Positions 12,690 to 24,938 of a DNA stretch of 64,000 nucleotides are shown piece by piece (positions within the stretch are counted from its first letter, which is position 1; every line of letters begins with the position of its first letter). The notes beneath the pieces are model-generated. The model did no database searches and was not told the origin of the DNA. It saw only the letters and a list, made by a program, of their open reading frames with translations. Source of the stretch: Takakia lepidozioides (lineage: Eukaryota > Plantae > Bryophyta); assembly GCA_030704615.1 (NCBI GenBank), contig CM060732.1, forward strand, positions 56,854,001-56,918,000, given 5' to 3'. Position numbers and translations under genes: made by a program.

Positions 12690-12900
12690 CGTTGAAGAGT
12701 TGCTAGTGCAGGTAGCAAAATGACATTGGAAAAAACAATGTTCAATGGATTTTTTATATCTATCATCACATAAAGCACAAAGAGATGGAGGGTCACGGTA
12801 TTGCCCCATGGGGAGGATCTTATGACATAGCCTCCATAAGAAACTCACAATCTTAGATGCTTTGATGCAAGAGAGCCAGACTTCCTTCCACAAGTCTTTC
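12690..12900 (-). mobile_element. LINE (L1-type) ORF2 fragment, zf-RVT domain
   Basis: WKEVW..KIVSFLWRLCHKILPMG..CALCDD..KSIEHCFFQCHFA matches the C-x2-C..H-x4-C zinc-binding region of plant L1 ORF2. Confidence 0.8.
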
Positions 12901-13129
12901 TAGGCAAAACTGGAATGAAAATTTGGCCATTCACGCAGCCACTTGTTCCTCTGAGAGGAACTATCCAAAAGGAGCGAGTAACTGTGAGAGCTCATCAGAT
13001 TATCATTGATTCCGTTTGTAGTCATCATGGCAAAAATCATCTTTTAATTGATTCAATGTTGGTCTTTGTTGTCATTAGCATTGTATGCCATACAACCTCA
13101 CACATGTGTAAGTCGATTTAGCATTGATA

Positions 13130-15660
13130 ACAAACAGCCCAAGAATGTATCTGTTAATTGTTTGTTGGAGCATTAGTGAAGGTGATAAATAGATGCACTC
13201 TCAAAAATATTGGATGGCGTTAACTTCTCATGGATGAAGTGATAACGAATGTCAATATGCTTCGTGTGAGTATGATCAATTGGATTCTTAATCGAGTGCA
13301 GCCTTCATTGTTAGCAAACAATGTAGCGGGTGCAACTTGGGGAAAACCAATTCCGTATATGAAACTTCGCAGCTATATTGCATGTTTAGTAGAGTTGATT
13401 GCAACAATGTACTCAACCTCTTTGCTCAATAGAGCAACCGTTAATTGTTTGCCACTATTCCAACTAATTGCGCCTAAGATGGATCATTTGTCATCCATGT
13501 TGCGGCTTCTCCATGTGGCCTACCCAGTCTACATCAGTATATCCTTATATTTGAAGCTAGAAAACTCAAGTGTAGGCTAAAAGCCAGTTTGAGCTCTTGC
13601 ATGCAGTCTGGCAGCTTCTCTAGAACAGATAAGTTTGCCAACATCTTCAGTGACTCATTTTTGTACGCACCTTGAAGGTTCATTTCTGGAAGGTCAATAA
13701 GGCCTCGAACCTTCCCACCTGAAGAAAGATCATTTTGTCACCACTTGCTCAATAGCGGTGCTAAACATGTGAGCAACACTATTCCGATCACTTTTGCAAA
13801 AGTAGGTCACATATTGAATCAATTCTTGACGAAGGTCATGCGCCGCTTTATTGCGATCTTCATCCTCTTTTCCCAGAGTGGTCAGACACCTCCGAGTTAG
13901 GTCATCAATATATGAGAGTTCAGCTTGAGATAAACCGTAACTGAACCACCCCGCTTCCCAAACAGATCTATCATCTGTCAAACCTTGCCTATGATGGTAC
14001 TCTCACAGCAGCGTATTATATGACATGTGCTCCATATCCTTGGCAAATACAGGAAGATAACTTGTGATGCCATCATTAAGACTTCTGTACTGTGCCTCGG
14101 AGCGGTGCATGAGAAAGGTGAGTCTCATGAGGAGAGACCCTGTGAGAATGTAGCTTAATGGTTGTAGCATTTTCTTTAAGGTCGGTGCATAAGTCATCAC
14201 ATATGATGATTAGGTCATCTACATATACAGCTATAATGATTACAAGTTTTTCCTGAAGTGTGAAAACACAAGGATCTGAGGTGCTTTGCTTGAAACCTTC
14301 GTACTTTGTCAATTTAAAGTACCAAACTTTGGACCCTTGTTTAAGCCCCTATAATGCCTTTTTTAACAAGCAAAACTGATCATCTTTACCTTCAACTATG
14401 AAATCTAATGGTTGCTTTATCAAATTTGACGCCGAAACCCTCGCCATGAGGTCGCACCATGATGTCCGGGTCCCGCACATCCCCGTGGACAGACCCTGCA
14501 TTCGGTAAATCGAACACACGTAACCTGTGAACCTTTTCCAATGCCTCTCTCACAGCCAATGAGCTCTTCTCTTGATCTCGCGTTGTTCCAACGATACGAG
14601 TGTTTTGCCATGGAAACCCCAAATATTCCATTGCAATCATTTTGAAACCCCCTGGTAGTTCCTTTACATCCAGTAATTCTGGTGCAAAGCCTACGCTGTA
14701 CCACGCTTGGTGCACCTAGAAAAATCAAATTTTTCTTCTTCCATATGTCCATTCAAAAATGCCTTTTTGACATCAAATAAGTGCACCTCAAAATCTCGGA
14801 TGGTTCAACGGCAAGTAAGATTCAAATAGTATCAAATCTGACTACTGGAGCGAAAATCTTTGAATAATCAATATCTTTGTTTTGAGAGCCACCAGCCTCG
14901 CCTTGTACTTCACAACTCCTCCATCATCATTTCTCTTGATTTTGTAAACCCATTTGCACCCCATATGGAGTCTCCTCTTAGATAGATTAGCCAGGACCCA
15001 CGCCCGTTCTCCTTCAAGAAATCCAGCTTATCTTATATTGTCGTCTCCCATTAGTGAGAATTTCCTTCTTCAACTACCTCATATAGAATATGTGGCTGAT
15101 CATTTGTATATGCAAGTTTAAATCCATGCACAGAAATTTGAGAATTGTATTTTACAAATGGTCTTAACAATGGAGTTTATCTCCTGAGTGGTATAGGGTT
15201 TTGGGGATCCTAAGGGAACTAATTTGCTACTGAATCATCAAATGAGGCGTTGATTACATCTAACGTCTTGTCAACATTTGGATGAGATACACACCATCGA
15301 TGATGTCACTATGCAATATGGGAGCATCATCATGGAAAGTTTGACATTCTTCCACCTAAGGAATGACAATCATATTGTTGTCTCCCGCTTCGTTGCACAT
15401 TAGGCCCTTAATTGCTATAATATACATGTTTGGCATGTTCATTGTAAACGAACCCAAGCAGTATGCACTTGTCAGCCTTGGAATCGAGTTTATCTCGTTG
15501 TTCTTTAGGCATTAGAACAAAAGTTATGTTGTCATATGAAGCTCTGATCAAAATATCTAGTCTTTTGACCCACTCTATGCTTCCGCTGGTGTAATGTCAC
15601 AAAACAATGAAATATCACTGACATTCTGGAGGTAGTTTGCTGTCACAACTAGTTAATCAT
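13130..15660 (-). mobile_element. Degenerate Ty1/copia pol (integrase end, RT, RNase H) interrupted by two foreign inserts
   Basis: Motifs in order: VTANYLQN (~15640), PKEQRDKLDSKADKCILLG (~15490), GCKWVYKIKR..VKYKARLV (~14930), DVKKAFLNG (~14760), L*GLKQ, SDPCVF..YVDDLII (14200-14312), GYTDVDW..GAISW..VALLSKEVEY (13400-13545) and TKHIDIRYHFI (~13250). Confidence 0.9.
14428..14723 (-). pseudogene. Protein-kinase-like gene fragment inserted into copia RT
   Basis: GFAPELL..PGGFKMIAMEYL...VHGDVRDPDIMV..VKFD spans the kinase hinge and catalytic loop. It is flanked by ATCAAATTT at 14419-14427 and 14724-14732. Confidence 0.7.
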
Positions 15661-16334
15661 ACATGAGTAGTCCACCATTTTTAAGCATCTTTTACAAACT
15701 GGAAGAAGGGAAAGAAAAATATGCATTATACACTAGAACGGAGTTGGTATATCAGGTCTGTTTAACCCATAAGCGCCCACCAGGCCCGTTTTGGGCCTCG
15801 CTTTTTGGTTTTTTGTCCTTGGATTTCTCAGATTTCAATCAATTGAGCCCGTTTTTTTTACAGCGGATGCCGCCCACTTGTCGGACAGGAATCCAATGAG
15901 CGATTGATGGGATTTTTTGGTTAGGGTTAGGATTTTTGGTGGCCAAGGCGGTGGGGTCTGCTTTGCGGCGTGAGAGCAGCTCTCCCGTGCTTTTTGGGCT
16001 CTCTCACCTTGCGTGTTTGTCTTCCTGGCCTCACTGTGCTCGTGTTTCGAGAGCTCTGCTGCGGCGTGTGTATGCAGGTGGCCGTTGCGTGGTGGCAGGG
16101 GGCCGTTGCCCATAGTGTCGTTGAGATTCCTACATTGTGGTTTTGCTTCATTACTACTCATCTTCATGGATAGCTGTTGCATTCATAAGACTACCTACGC
16201 TGCGATCTCCAGAGCATAGAGCATTTGTCGTTGTAGGTGTGATTGGGGAAGATGTGCGCAGCTTTGCATTGAAGATAGGACTCTTTGCTGAGAGGAAGAG
16301 AGGGTCTTGGGAGCACAATCGAGGCTCTCTGTGA

Positions 16335-17829
16335 GTGAATGCGATTCGGCGCATGCATCTGTTCATGTGGAATAGCAATTCGGCCCACCTGCCAGAGGTA
16401 AGTTGGTCGGGTGGGGAGTCTGGCCTGAATCTGCCTTTTGAAGATGAGGCAGACCCGATTGACTTTTTCAATTTGTTTTGGCCAGTCTCTATCATGCGGA
16501 GAATATGTGCAATGACCAACCTGTATGCAAGGACATTGAATTCGAATGGAAATCTGAAAGGGGGTAGATGGTGGTACCCGCTTACAGTTCGTGAATTGAG
16601 GGCCTGGATTGCTGTTCATATTCTTATGGGCATCAAGAAATTTCCTAATACTAGGCTGTACTGGAAGCACAATGATAGTTTCTTCAATTGCCCTTCTATA
16701 ATTCGCATCATGTTGCGCAACCGGTGGGAGAGCATCTTGAGATGCCTCCACCTTGTTGACAACAGAGATGTGGTCACTGATCCAAACGAGCCAGCATTTG
16801 ATAAGCTAGCGAAAACCCGTTGGCTTATAGATGCCCAAAATGACTGAACAGAACCTGTGTGTGGATGAGCAAATGGTGAAGTATAAAGGGAGGTATGCTC
16901 GAATTCAGCAGTACATGGCGAAGAAGCCTGTGAAGTGGGGCATAAAGTCATGGTGCTTGTGTGGGGCAACTTCTAAGTATGTTCACAAACTGGAGGTGTA
17001 TCTAGGGAAGGATGAGGGAAATGATTTGACGCATGGGTCTGGATATGGAGTTGTCACAAGGCTACTGGCCAGATTTGAAGGGAAGGGTCATATAGTAACT
17101 ATGGATAACTTCTTCAGTAGCCCTCTTCTTTTCTATGACTTGGCAGCCAAGTCCATCTTTGCTACTGGCACAGTAAAAACAGCAAGGGTGGGGTTTCCTT
17201 CTTGTCTTGATTTGGGAAAAAATGGTGAGAGGGGAAGGCTGGAATGGCGCATGCACATATCTGGTAAGTTGGCGGCCGTTTCATGGATGGACAGGAAAAT
17301 GGTGACCCTCTTGAGTACTGCCATCTCCCCTGTTGGTGAGGATTGTTCCATTGAAAGAAGACATGAGGGGGCTAGACGCCTTGTGCCAACCTCCCCCATA
17401 GTGGTGCACTATCAGCACCACATGCGGGGGGTGCATGTGCAGGACCAACTACGTGGCTACTATTCAGTTCAGACCCGTGACCACAAGTGGTGGCACAGGC
17501 TGTACTTCCACTCCGTGGACACCTCTTTGGTCCATTCTTATATTTTATACTTGGGCTGGATGGCAGCAAAGGGCCAGACGCCTCGTAGCCACATGCTATA
17601 CAGTTTAGCTATAGCTAAAGGACTAACGGAGGGGTGGGTTGCTCCCAGGAGAACAGTGATGCCAGGCTCAGACGTGCCCAACCCGGGTGCAGTTCACTTT
17701 TTCCTCAGAAGTAGTAGGAGGAGGAAGTGTGTTGAATGCGGTGTTCGCCAGAGGTACTTCTGTGCAATGTGTGGAGATCTTCCCATGTGCCTTGGACGTT
17801 GTTTTGTGCGGAGCCATAGCCTTCTGTGA
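16335..17829 (+). pseudogene. piggyBac transposase, frameshifted
   Basis: PIDFFNLFW..TNLYA..ELRAWIAVHILMG..YW..RWESILRCLHL..DKLAKTRWL, then a frameshift or deletion at ~16840. Continues VDEQMVKYKGR..KPVKWGIK, MDNFFSS, GTVK, WMD, MRGVHVQDQ (third catalytic D appears as H), KWW and the Cys-rich tail CVEC..CAMC..C..CF..H. In-frame TGA at 16332-16334. Confidence 0.93.
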
Positions 17830-18777
17830 TGCATGTGAGTGGCTGGTGGTTCACTAAACATTCTGATTGATTGCTCCTGTAGAGACGTGGAGACTCTTCC
17901 GAAAGGTGGAGTGTCCATGGGCTGGGTTGTGGCCTTGTGTTTGTTCCTCAACACTCTAACGTGCTTGGGGGTAAGTGCTTTCATGCTAGTTTTGAGCTTG
18001 AAGAGGTTTTACTAACTACTTTAGTGTAGGGAGTCGCTTGACAAGTCCTAGGATAGTGGGTCAATGGTGTGTGGGAAGTCTATGGTCACTTCCTAATGCG
18101 CAGGTGTATGTCTTGGCTGGTGCAGCACTCCGAGATCTGGTTATGGGTGCAGCCAGCTCCTGTGTGGTAGTTTTGTGATATGCCAATTTTGCGTGCAGGG
18201 TTTTGAGTGTTCTAGGCTGTAGTGGCAATTGTGCTTGGATTTTTGGTGACTGATCAGTTCGTAGTTAGTACTGCTGCAACAGAACATAACCAGCTCTGGT
18301 AGTATGATGCTAGTTTAGTCCTTGCCATAGTGTAGTGTGGAGGAGGCATAGTTGCATGTTCAGGTCTTGCTACAGGCATTTGTTATGAAAAGACTAAGTT
18401 GCCTTCATGTTCAGCGGGTGTCTGTGGTAGAGCAGGTTAGTGGTTAGTCCCCTTGTCAAGCGGGCGTGCACACAAGGGGGGGATCCTCCCCCTTGTGTTC
18501 ATGTGCAAGCTGCCAGTTGGGGCAGGTTACTGGGTTCAATTCCCACTCACACAATTGTAGGGCTATGTGCTTGGATGGGTGGGATTGTGGAATCTGTTTT
18601 ATGCTCGATGTTGCACATTGCTCAAGCCTACTGTAGCAATCACACGGGGGGACTTGCTGTATGTAAACCATGATTGGTTTTGCTGTACACCCTCAAGTAC
18701 AAAGCACCTGTCAAGTGGACAGCCTTTTCAATTCAGTAATCAGTGTTGTTTTGGGTAGCCCTCTTGCTGCAGTACTG

Positions 18778-18871
18778 TGGTCATTTTATGTGTGAAGGTC
18801 TACAGCCCTGTTGGTCATGGTTGATGGTCATTTTATGTGTGGAGGTCTACAGCCCTGTTGGTCATGGTTGA
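18778..18871. repeat. 47-bp tandem duplication in the piggyBac 3' region
   Basis: tggtcattttatgtgtg(a/g)aggtctacagccctgttggtcatggttga occurs twice. Confidence 0.92.
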
Positions 18872-19879
18872 AGGGTGCTCCTGCAAACATACACCAAACA
18901 AACACCAGGGCACGACTCAGGAAACAAAGGGAGCTACATGCAGGACTTTGTCATTTTTGCAGCACCCCAAATTCTCAAAATCTGACCCCCTCACATTTGA
19001 CCAGGTGTCAACACCACGATTTTTGTCCAAATCACTTTTTTCTTTTTGGGCTGGATGGAAGGACCCACCAGGATGAACATGGAGCAGTTTCAGCCCATTT
19101 GGTTTTCATCCCATCATTCAATTTTGCACTGGCGTAGAAAGTAAATGTAATTTTGTTGAGTGGGGTCCATTTTTGGACCCCACATTCAACAGTGGCGTTT
19201 TGGCGATCTCGCTCTGATTGGCCTCAAATTTGGTGTGTCCCTGCACGAGGTAGGTACACACCTAATGTGCAGTCAAAATCTTAAATTTTTTTGTTTTCAA
19301 GATTTTCTGAGATTTTTCCTGCGCAGGGGTCTTGTGACCGGCGATCAATTTTTCAAACTATGAAATGCTCTTTCCACTGCAAACAATTTCTCTTACTGAT
19401 TTCTTGAAACATACCCACTTACCAAAAGAGGGAGGCCTGAGACTTCTGGTCAGCTGAAAACAAAAAATCCATCCTCTCTAAAACCATATAATCTCCCATA
19501 TTTCACGGTGAAACAAGTTCATTTTGGTGAATGCAAGCAGGTACCAGGTGGGCACCTATGTATAAGGTTCATTTTTCTGGATGATCTTTGATAGATAGTT
19601 AGCCTCATTTTAGTGAGCATGGGTAGTAATTTTTAGGTGTCAAAAATTGAACCATGTAGGAAGTTAACCCCTAAAGGACGACGCGACCCGAATCGGGTCC
19701 CATTAGTTTTTTACCAGGCTCCAATTTGATAGTGGATAATAGTGGATGGAAGTGAACCCTCAAGATAAATTGTGGATGTCAGAGAGGAGCACGTGTGGGA
19801 ATTTACTGCACACCAAAAAATCATAAAGGCTCTGCTCCCTAGAATTTTTAGAAGTGCCAAGGGGTCAGAAAATCCAGTG

Positions 19880-22800
19880 TTAGAGCACCATTGACCTGCC
19901 TACGTGGCAGCCAAATGGGTCGTCGTCAGTGAATGTGCCTGGGGGAAAAGTGGACTCGGTCAAAACACTCATACTGGCAGATCCAAAAACATGTTGTTGG
20001 GAACTCAGCAGAAATTCGTCCACAGGGTCCCGGTGAGGCCAGTGCATCCGAGTCTGTTGCACAATCCAGGGAACAGACTGGCTGTTAGTCTCCTGGATAG
20101 TCTACTCGACCATCTGCTGAGTGGGTTCGCCAGTGTGCTCCACAGTCTGCTGAGGGGCAATCTGCTGGCTGGATTCGTCGGTCTGCTGTACAGTCTGCTG
20201 AGGGGCAGTCTGGTGGCCATGTTTGCTGGTCTGCTGCACAGTCGGCTGAGGGGCAGTCTGTTGGCCGGTCTGTTCTCCGGTCTGCTGCAAAGTCTGCAAA
20301 GTTCGCTGCCCGCTCAGTTCTGTTTGCACATACTGAGTATGTGTGTGCGGGGCAGTCTGCTGGGAGTGATCCGACCTATTACCCGGGACGGTCTGGTGCA
20401 CATGCTCGGTCTCCAGCACTTGGGCAGTCTGCCCACATGTGTCGTGGGGAATATGTTGTTTGACATTCTTGTGGCCAGTCTGCTGGATAGTCTCTCGAAC
20501 TCCTTGTAAAGCCAGGACAAGGTCCCTTGCACCTCTGGCAAAAGAGTCGAAAGCAGCCTGCACTTGCTTGTCTCCCAGATCAACTCGCCCTGCAACACAT
20601 GTTTATGCAAATGTGAACTTGTAAAAAAGTTGGCAAAAGAAATTGAGCTGAAACACGAAAGTTGCCCATAACATTTTACCTTCTAAGAGATTTCCGACGA
20701 GGCCAATGTCCTTGATTTGCCAGCACAGGCATGCTCCATCGAGATGAGCAATGGCGCCGATGCGGTCTTCAGTTGAGATCCCACACCACAGGACTTTGAA
20801 GACATTGGGATTCTGCAAAACAATGTCGAATACTGCTCGCTCCATCACCAATGCAAACCAGTGCAATGCGTCATCCACCACAAACTTCTGTGAATGGTCT
20901 GTTCCATGGAGTAAGTCCATCCTCAAACTATGCAGATCCTTCATCAACTTGTTGTATGAGCGGAAATTGTCAAATTGCATCCATCTGTGTTGTAGGAAGG
21001 AAGCTGCCATACGCTCAAAGTCCTCCTCAGTCAATCCGAACAAGTGCTTTCTTCGCACCCCAAAGGTTGGATGTGCCGGCATATGTCTGGGGTCTTCAGG
21101 CCGTGGGTCATCCATGAGAATCAGCTGCACAAGTAGAGGCGGCGCATTTTGGTCGCTTGTGGCTTCAATGGCAACAGCAGAGGCGGCTTTTAGAACATGG
21201 TTGGCTTCCTCAATAGAAAACTCCATGGAATAATGAAAGGGTACAAATGACCACCGGCGGTCCGCAACAATCCGGTGGAGCTCATTATGCCAATCCAAAT
21301 GGGGATTAATTTCTCCCACCCTAAGCCGGGGAAGTGTGAGGTCTTCAGCTCCGGGTCGAATTACCGGTGATGGCGATCGCCAAACTGCAAAAAACGCCGT
21401 GCTATGTGAGAGAAAGGCAGTCTGCTGGTCAGTCTGCTGGTCCGAAGTCTATTGGATGACAGGACTTCCCATTGGCATGGGCTGCATGATGGGCTCCTGG
21501 AGAGGAGTCTGCAGGATGACGGGCTGCTCGTTGGGAGTCTGCTCCGTTGGAGTCTGCTGGATGACAGGCTGCTGAACGGGAGTCTGCTGGATGACGGCCT
21601 GCTGAATGGGAGTCTGCTGGATGGCAGACTCGGCTGTCCCAAACGCATTCCCCCCTGACACATCTTGAATATGTAACGCCGCTATAGCAGCAGATGACCC
21701 ATGATACTTCAATAATATGTACTCTCGCACGCGGTCCACTTCCGCACGCACTGCAGTCGCTTGTAAAGGAGCATCATTGCTAGGTATCCGCCAAGCCTGA
21801 ATGGCCCTACGAATAGAAACACGTTCATCCTGGTACACGACATAGTACTTGGACGTCGGGAACATGGACGTGGACTCTATATTCACCTCATGCAGCGGAC
21901 TGGACTCACAGACCAGCAGACTGTAACGTGCGTATGTAGGGTGGAGGCAACTAGTAGACTATACCAGTGGACTGGACCAGCGGACTGACAAACGTACTCA
22001 GTAAGTAATGCAGCGATATAAAACAGACTAACTGACGAGCGGAGTGAGCCAGCGGACTGAGGAGAGAACGCAGCGGACTGACCAGACTGAATAGGCAATG
22101 TGACCCCCCGATGATGGACTCAAACAACACAGAGAACAGACTGGGCGGTCAGACTGACCATTACCTCCACTTCATCATTGTCATCTTCATCTTCAAAGCT
22201 GTTCAACCAGTTCTGTTCCGCCTGTCGGATGAATGTGCGTAGCAGACTTGATTGGGCAACTCTGTAGAAATAACGGAAGAAGTCTGGATCCCCAATTGGT
22301 GGGCACTCTGGTGGGAAAAGCCCAAAGTCAACGAGGCGCAATGTGCCAGGGCAGACTGGCCCTTCAGTGCTCTGTTGAGTTTTTGGTTTTGACCCTAAAC
22401 CGATGGCATGGGTCGCGATATTTGTGTAAGTCTATTGCCGAGTCTGGTCAGGCAAGTCAATGTCCACTGGACTTGTCACCCCTTCCAGGCCCTAAGCAGA
22501 TTCACTTTCAGTATCAGTACTGATGGTGTGGGTCTGCCGCCCAGGACGGGGTTAAGTCTGTTGCGTGGATTTTGCCCTTGCCTCGCGAGCAGACCTTGCA
22601 GCCTTCTCTTTTTTTTGCCTCTTCTTCTTTTGGGCCCCATCACTCAGTTTACGTTTTCCGGGAGCGTCCGGCGTTCCCTGCACTTGCAAATCCTCCATTG
22701 ACGGGCCACCACAATGGACGCCATACCGTGCGCGCACTTCGTCTAATTCCAAAGTGCGGGGATCAAGCACTGATCCGCGCAAGCGCATTGTGGCCTCTTT

Positions 22801-23100
22801 GACAATCAACATTTCTTTCAGTATCGGCCAAGGCTTGAAATCCCGTGGAATCATTGTAACAGTCTCCTTGCAACCCGTGTCAACACAATGCCGATTTAGT
22901 TGGATTTTGTCCTTGATAACCTCTTTACAGAAGGGACAGAAGAGCTTGTCCTTCTGCCAATTCGAGTTTTTGGGCTTCCGGGCGCGGAGGTCTACAAATG
23001 CTTCCACTATTTTATGATCAAACTCGTCTGGTGAGTACCAGTACCTTCGCTCCTTCTTCAGTCTGGTTTGGTGCACAAAATCCACCCAGTCCGCTCCACC
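19880..23100 (-). pseudogene. Multi-exon TE accessory gene(s) of unknown function with putative C2HC zinc finger and Q/T-rich tracts
   Basis: Co-oriented ORF segments 22552-23085 (FCPFCKEVIKDKIQLNRHCVDTGC and a basic NLS-like KRK..KKKRQKK), 22120-22341, 21449-21886, 20603-21319, 20102-20563 and 19880-20062. They are separated by intron-like stretches and a few stops. Confidence 0.55.
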
Positions 23101-24938
23101 TTCTGCAGAATGAAACGAAGGTGCAAGGACAATGAGCGACAGATAGAAGTCCTATGAAAAGACTCACCTTAAGCAAGAAGAGGACATAGAATGGAATGGA
23201 AACACCGCAGCAAGTGAGAACCTCACTGAGCCGATGAACTTCGAGTTGTTACGAAGGCGAGCGTGTTTGCGACGCTTCGCGGCTCACCGCGACTCTCCAC
23301 ACCTGGGGAAGAACGGTCGTCTTTCGTTACGGTGATGGAAACGCAAAGAGAAAAACAAAACAGTGCAAAACAGTGCGAAGAAACAGGCACGAAGAGAATG
23401 GAGTCGATCGCACAGGGAACATGAGAAGAAAGTAGAAGTAGAAGGGGGAAAGCGGGCATGGCACTGCCAACGTGCCGCGATTTCACAGGCACCAACTATC
23501 CGCCGTCATCGCATTGAATACGTCCACCGAACGAACGCATCGTACTAAATTCATCCACAGTCATCGCAAGTGCAGCAGACTCATTTCCCATCGGGCCGAG
23601 AGTCCACCGGACCGCCAGTCCAGCTCCCAGCACTCCAGCTTTCAGGCTGTAGGACTGGCATGGCCCTGCGCACAGTCCGGGCGAACTGGGGGGCCTGTGA
23701 AGCTCCTTGCGGACTATTCGCTTTGCTGAGGCGAAGCGGCTTCATATTGGAGGCACTTCCCTGCCAACGGAATGAAGACAAAAGAGAGTAAGGGGAGAAC
23801 AGAAAAGTCGAACACACCCATTGCGAACAGACTCGCGGCACAACAGACTGATGCATGCACAATCCAACAGACTGATATCCATAGAGGAGAACTGTCCAGC
23901 AGACGGACGTTTCGGCAGACTGGCAGGAGAACAAACCAAAAGACTGACCGGAGGGAAATAAGAAGTCAAACAAACTTAGTGCAACAGACTTCCGACACAA
24001 CAGACTGACAAATTCACAAGTGCGACAGACTGATATCCCAACAGACGGACTTCCAGCAGACCGCCTCCAAACTGACTGTTATGCACGCGATAAGGGGAAT
24101 ATCCGGAGCACTGACGGGCCAGCGGACCCACTGTGAACAGACTCGCGACACAACGGACCTCAAACATCCACGCGCATTTGCAGATGCAATTGTCTCAGCC
24201 TGGTCCGTCTCCTGGCAAATGCGACAATGTACCGATTCTGCACCTACTCCCGTCGTGGCTCAGACATCTGCATTCAGCAGGTGCGTGTGGATGTTTGAGG
24301 ACCTTACGACTGGATGGTGTTCCTTGACGACTCGAATTGTTTTTTTGTGCTGCCATCCCTTATATAATACCATGTGGATCCATCACAAAGCCGGGTTTCT
24401 TCAGATTCTCCACCCTTTTCCACAACTTATGCACGACGGATGCAAGCCGCTATACTTGGTCACATAAACAGTCCCATCGTCCGATACAAAATCTGCAATA
24501 CACGCCCCCATGTGCATACGTTTCCACCATTTTCGCGCCCATGTTACCCATGGGTTCCTTTAACGAACTAAACTTGTGAAGGCTCTCATGAGGGATGCAG
24601 TATGAAGGGGCTAAACGTATTATGACGGATCACAAGCAGAGGACGTTATCGACCACAGATGTCCACATTTTCCATATTTATGACATAGAACCAAACCATA
24701 AAACGAAGGTTCCCGAAAGCACAACAAGAAGACAAAAATAGTGGAAGCATATGTACGATGGTGGCTGTAGTGCCCATACAGTCTTCTCATGTTCAAGCAC
24801 ACGCTTCATCATCATCATGAACATCGTGCGCAAAAAAGGAACAGTCGCGTGCATGGAAACGCCTACCGCAAAATCGGACAACAAACAGCCGTCAAAAGAG
24901 AGCGGCCGGGATTTGGTGGGAAGATCATTGCCATTTTC

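Larger units (their letters stand above)
15766..19562 (+). mobile_element. piggyBac-superfamily DNA transposon (decayed)
   Basis: Starts TTAA|CCCATAAGCGCCCACC (TTAA at 15762-15765) and contains a piggyBac transposase. The candidate degenerate right TIR ggtgggcacctatg at ~19547-19560 is a tentative right end. Confidence 0.75.
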
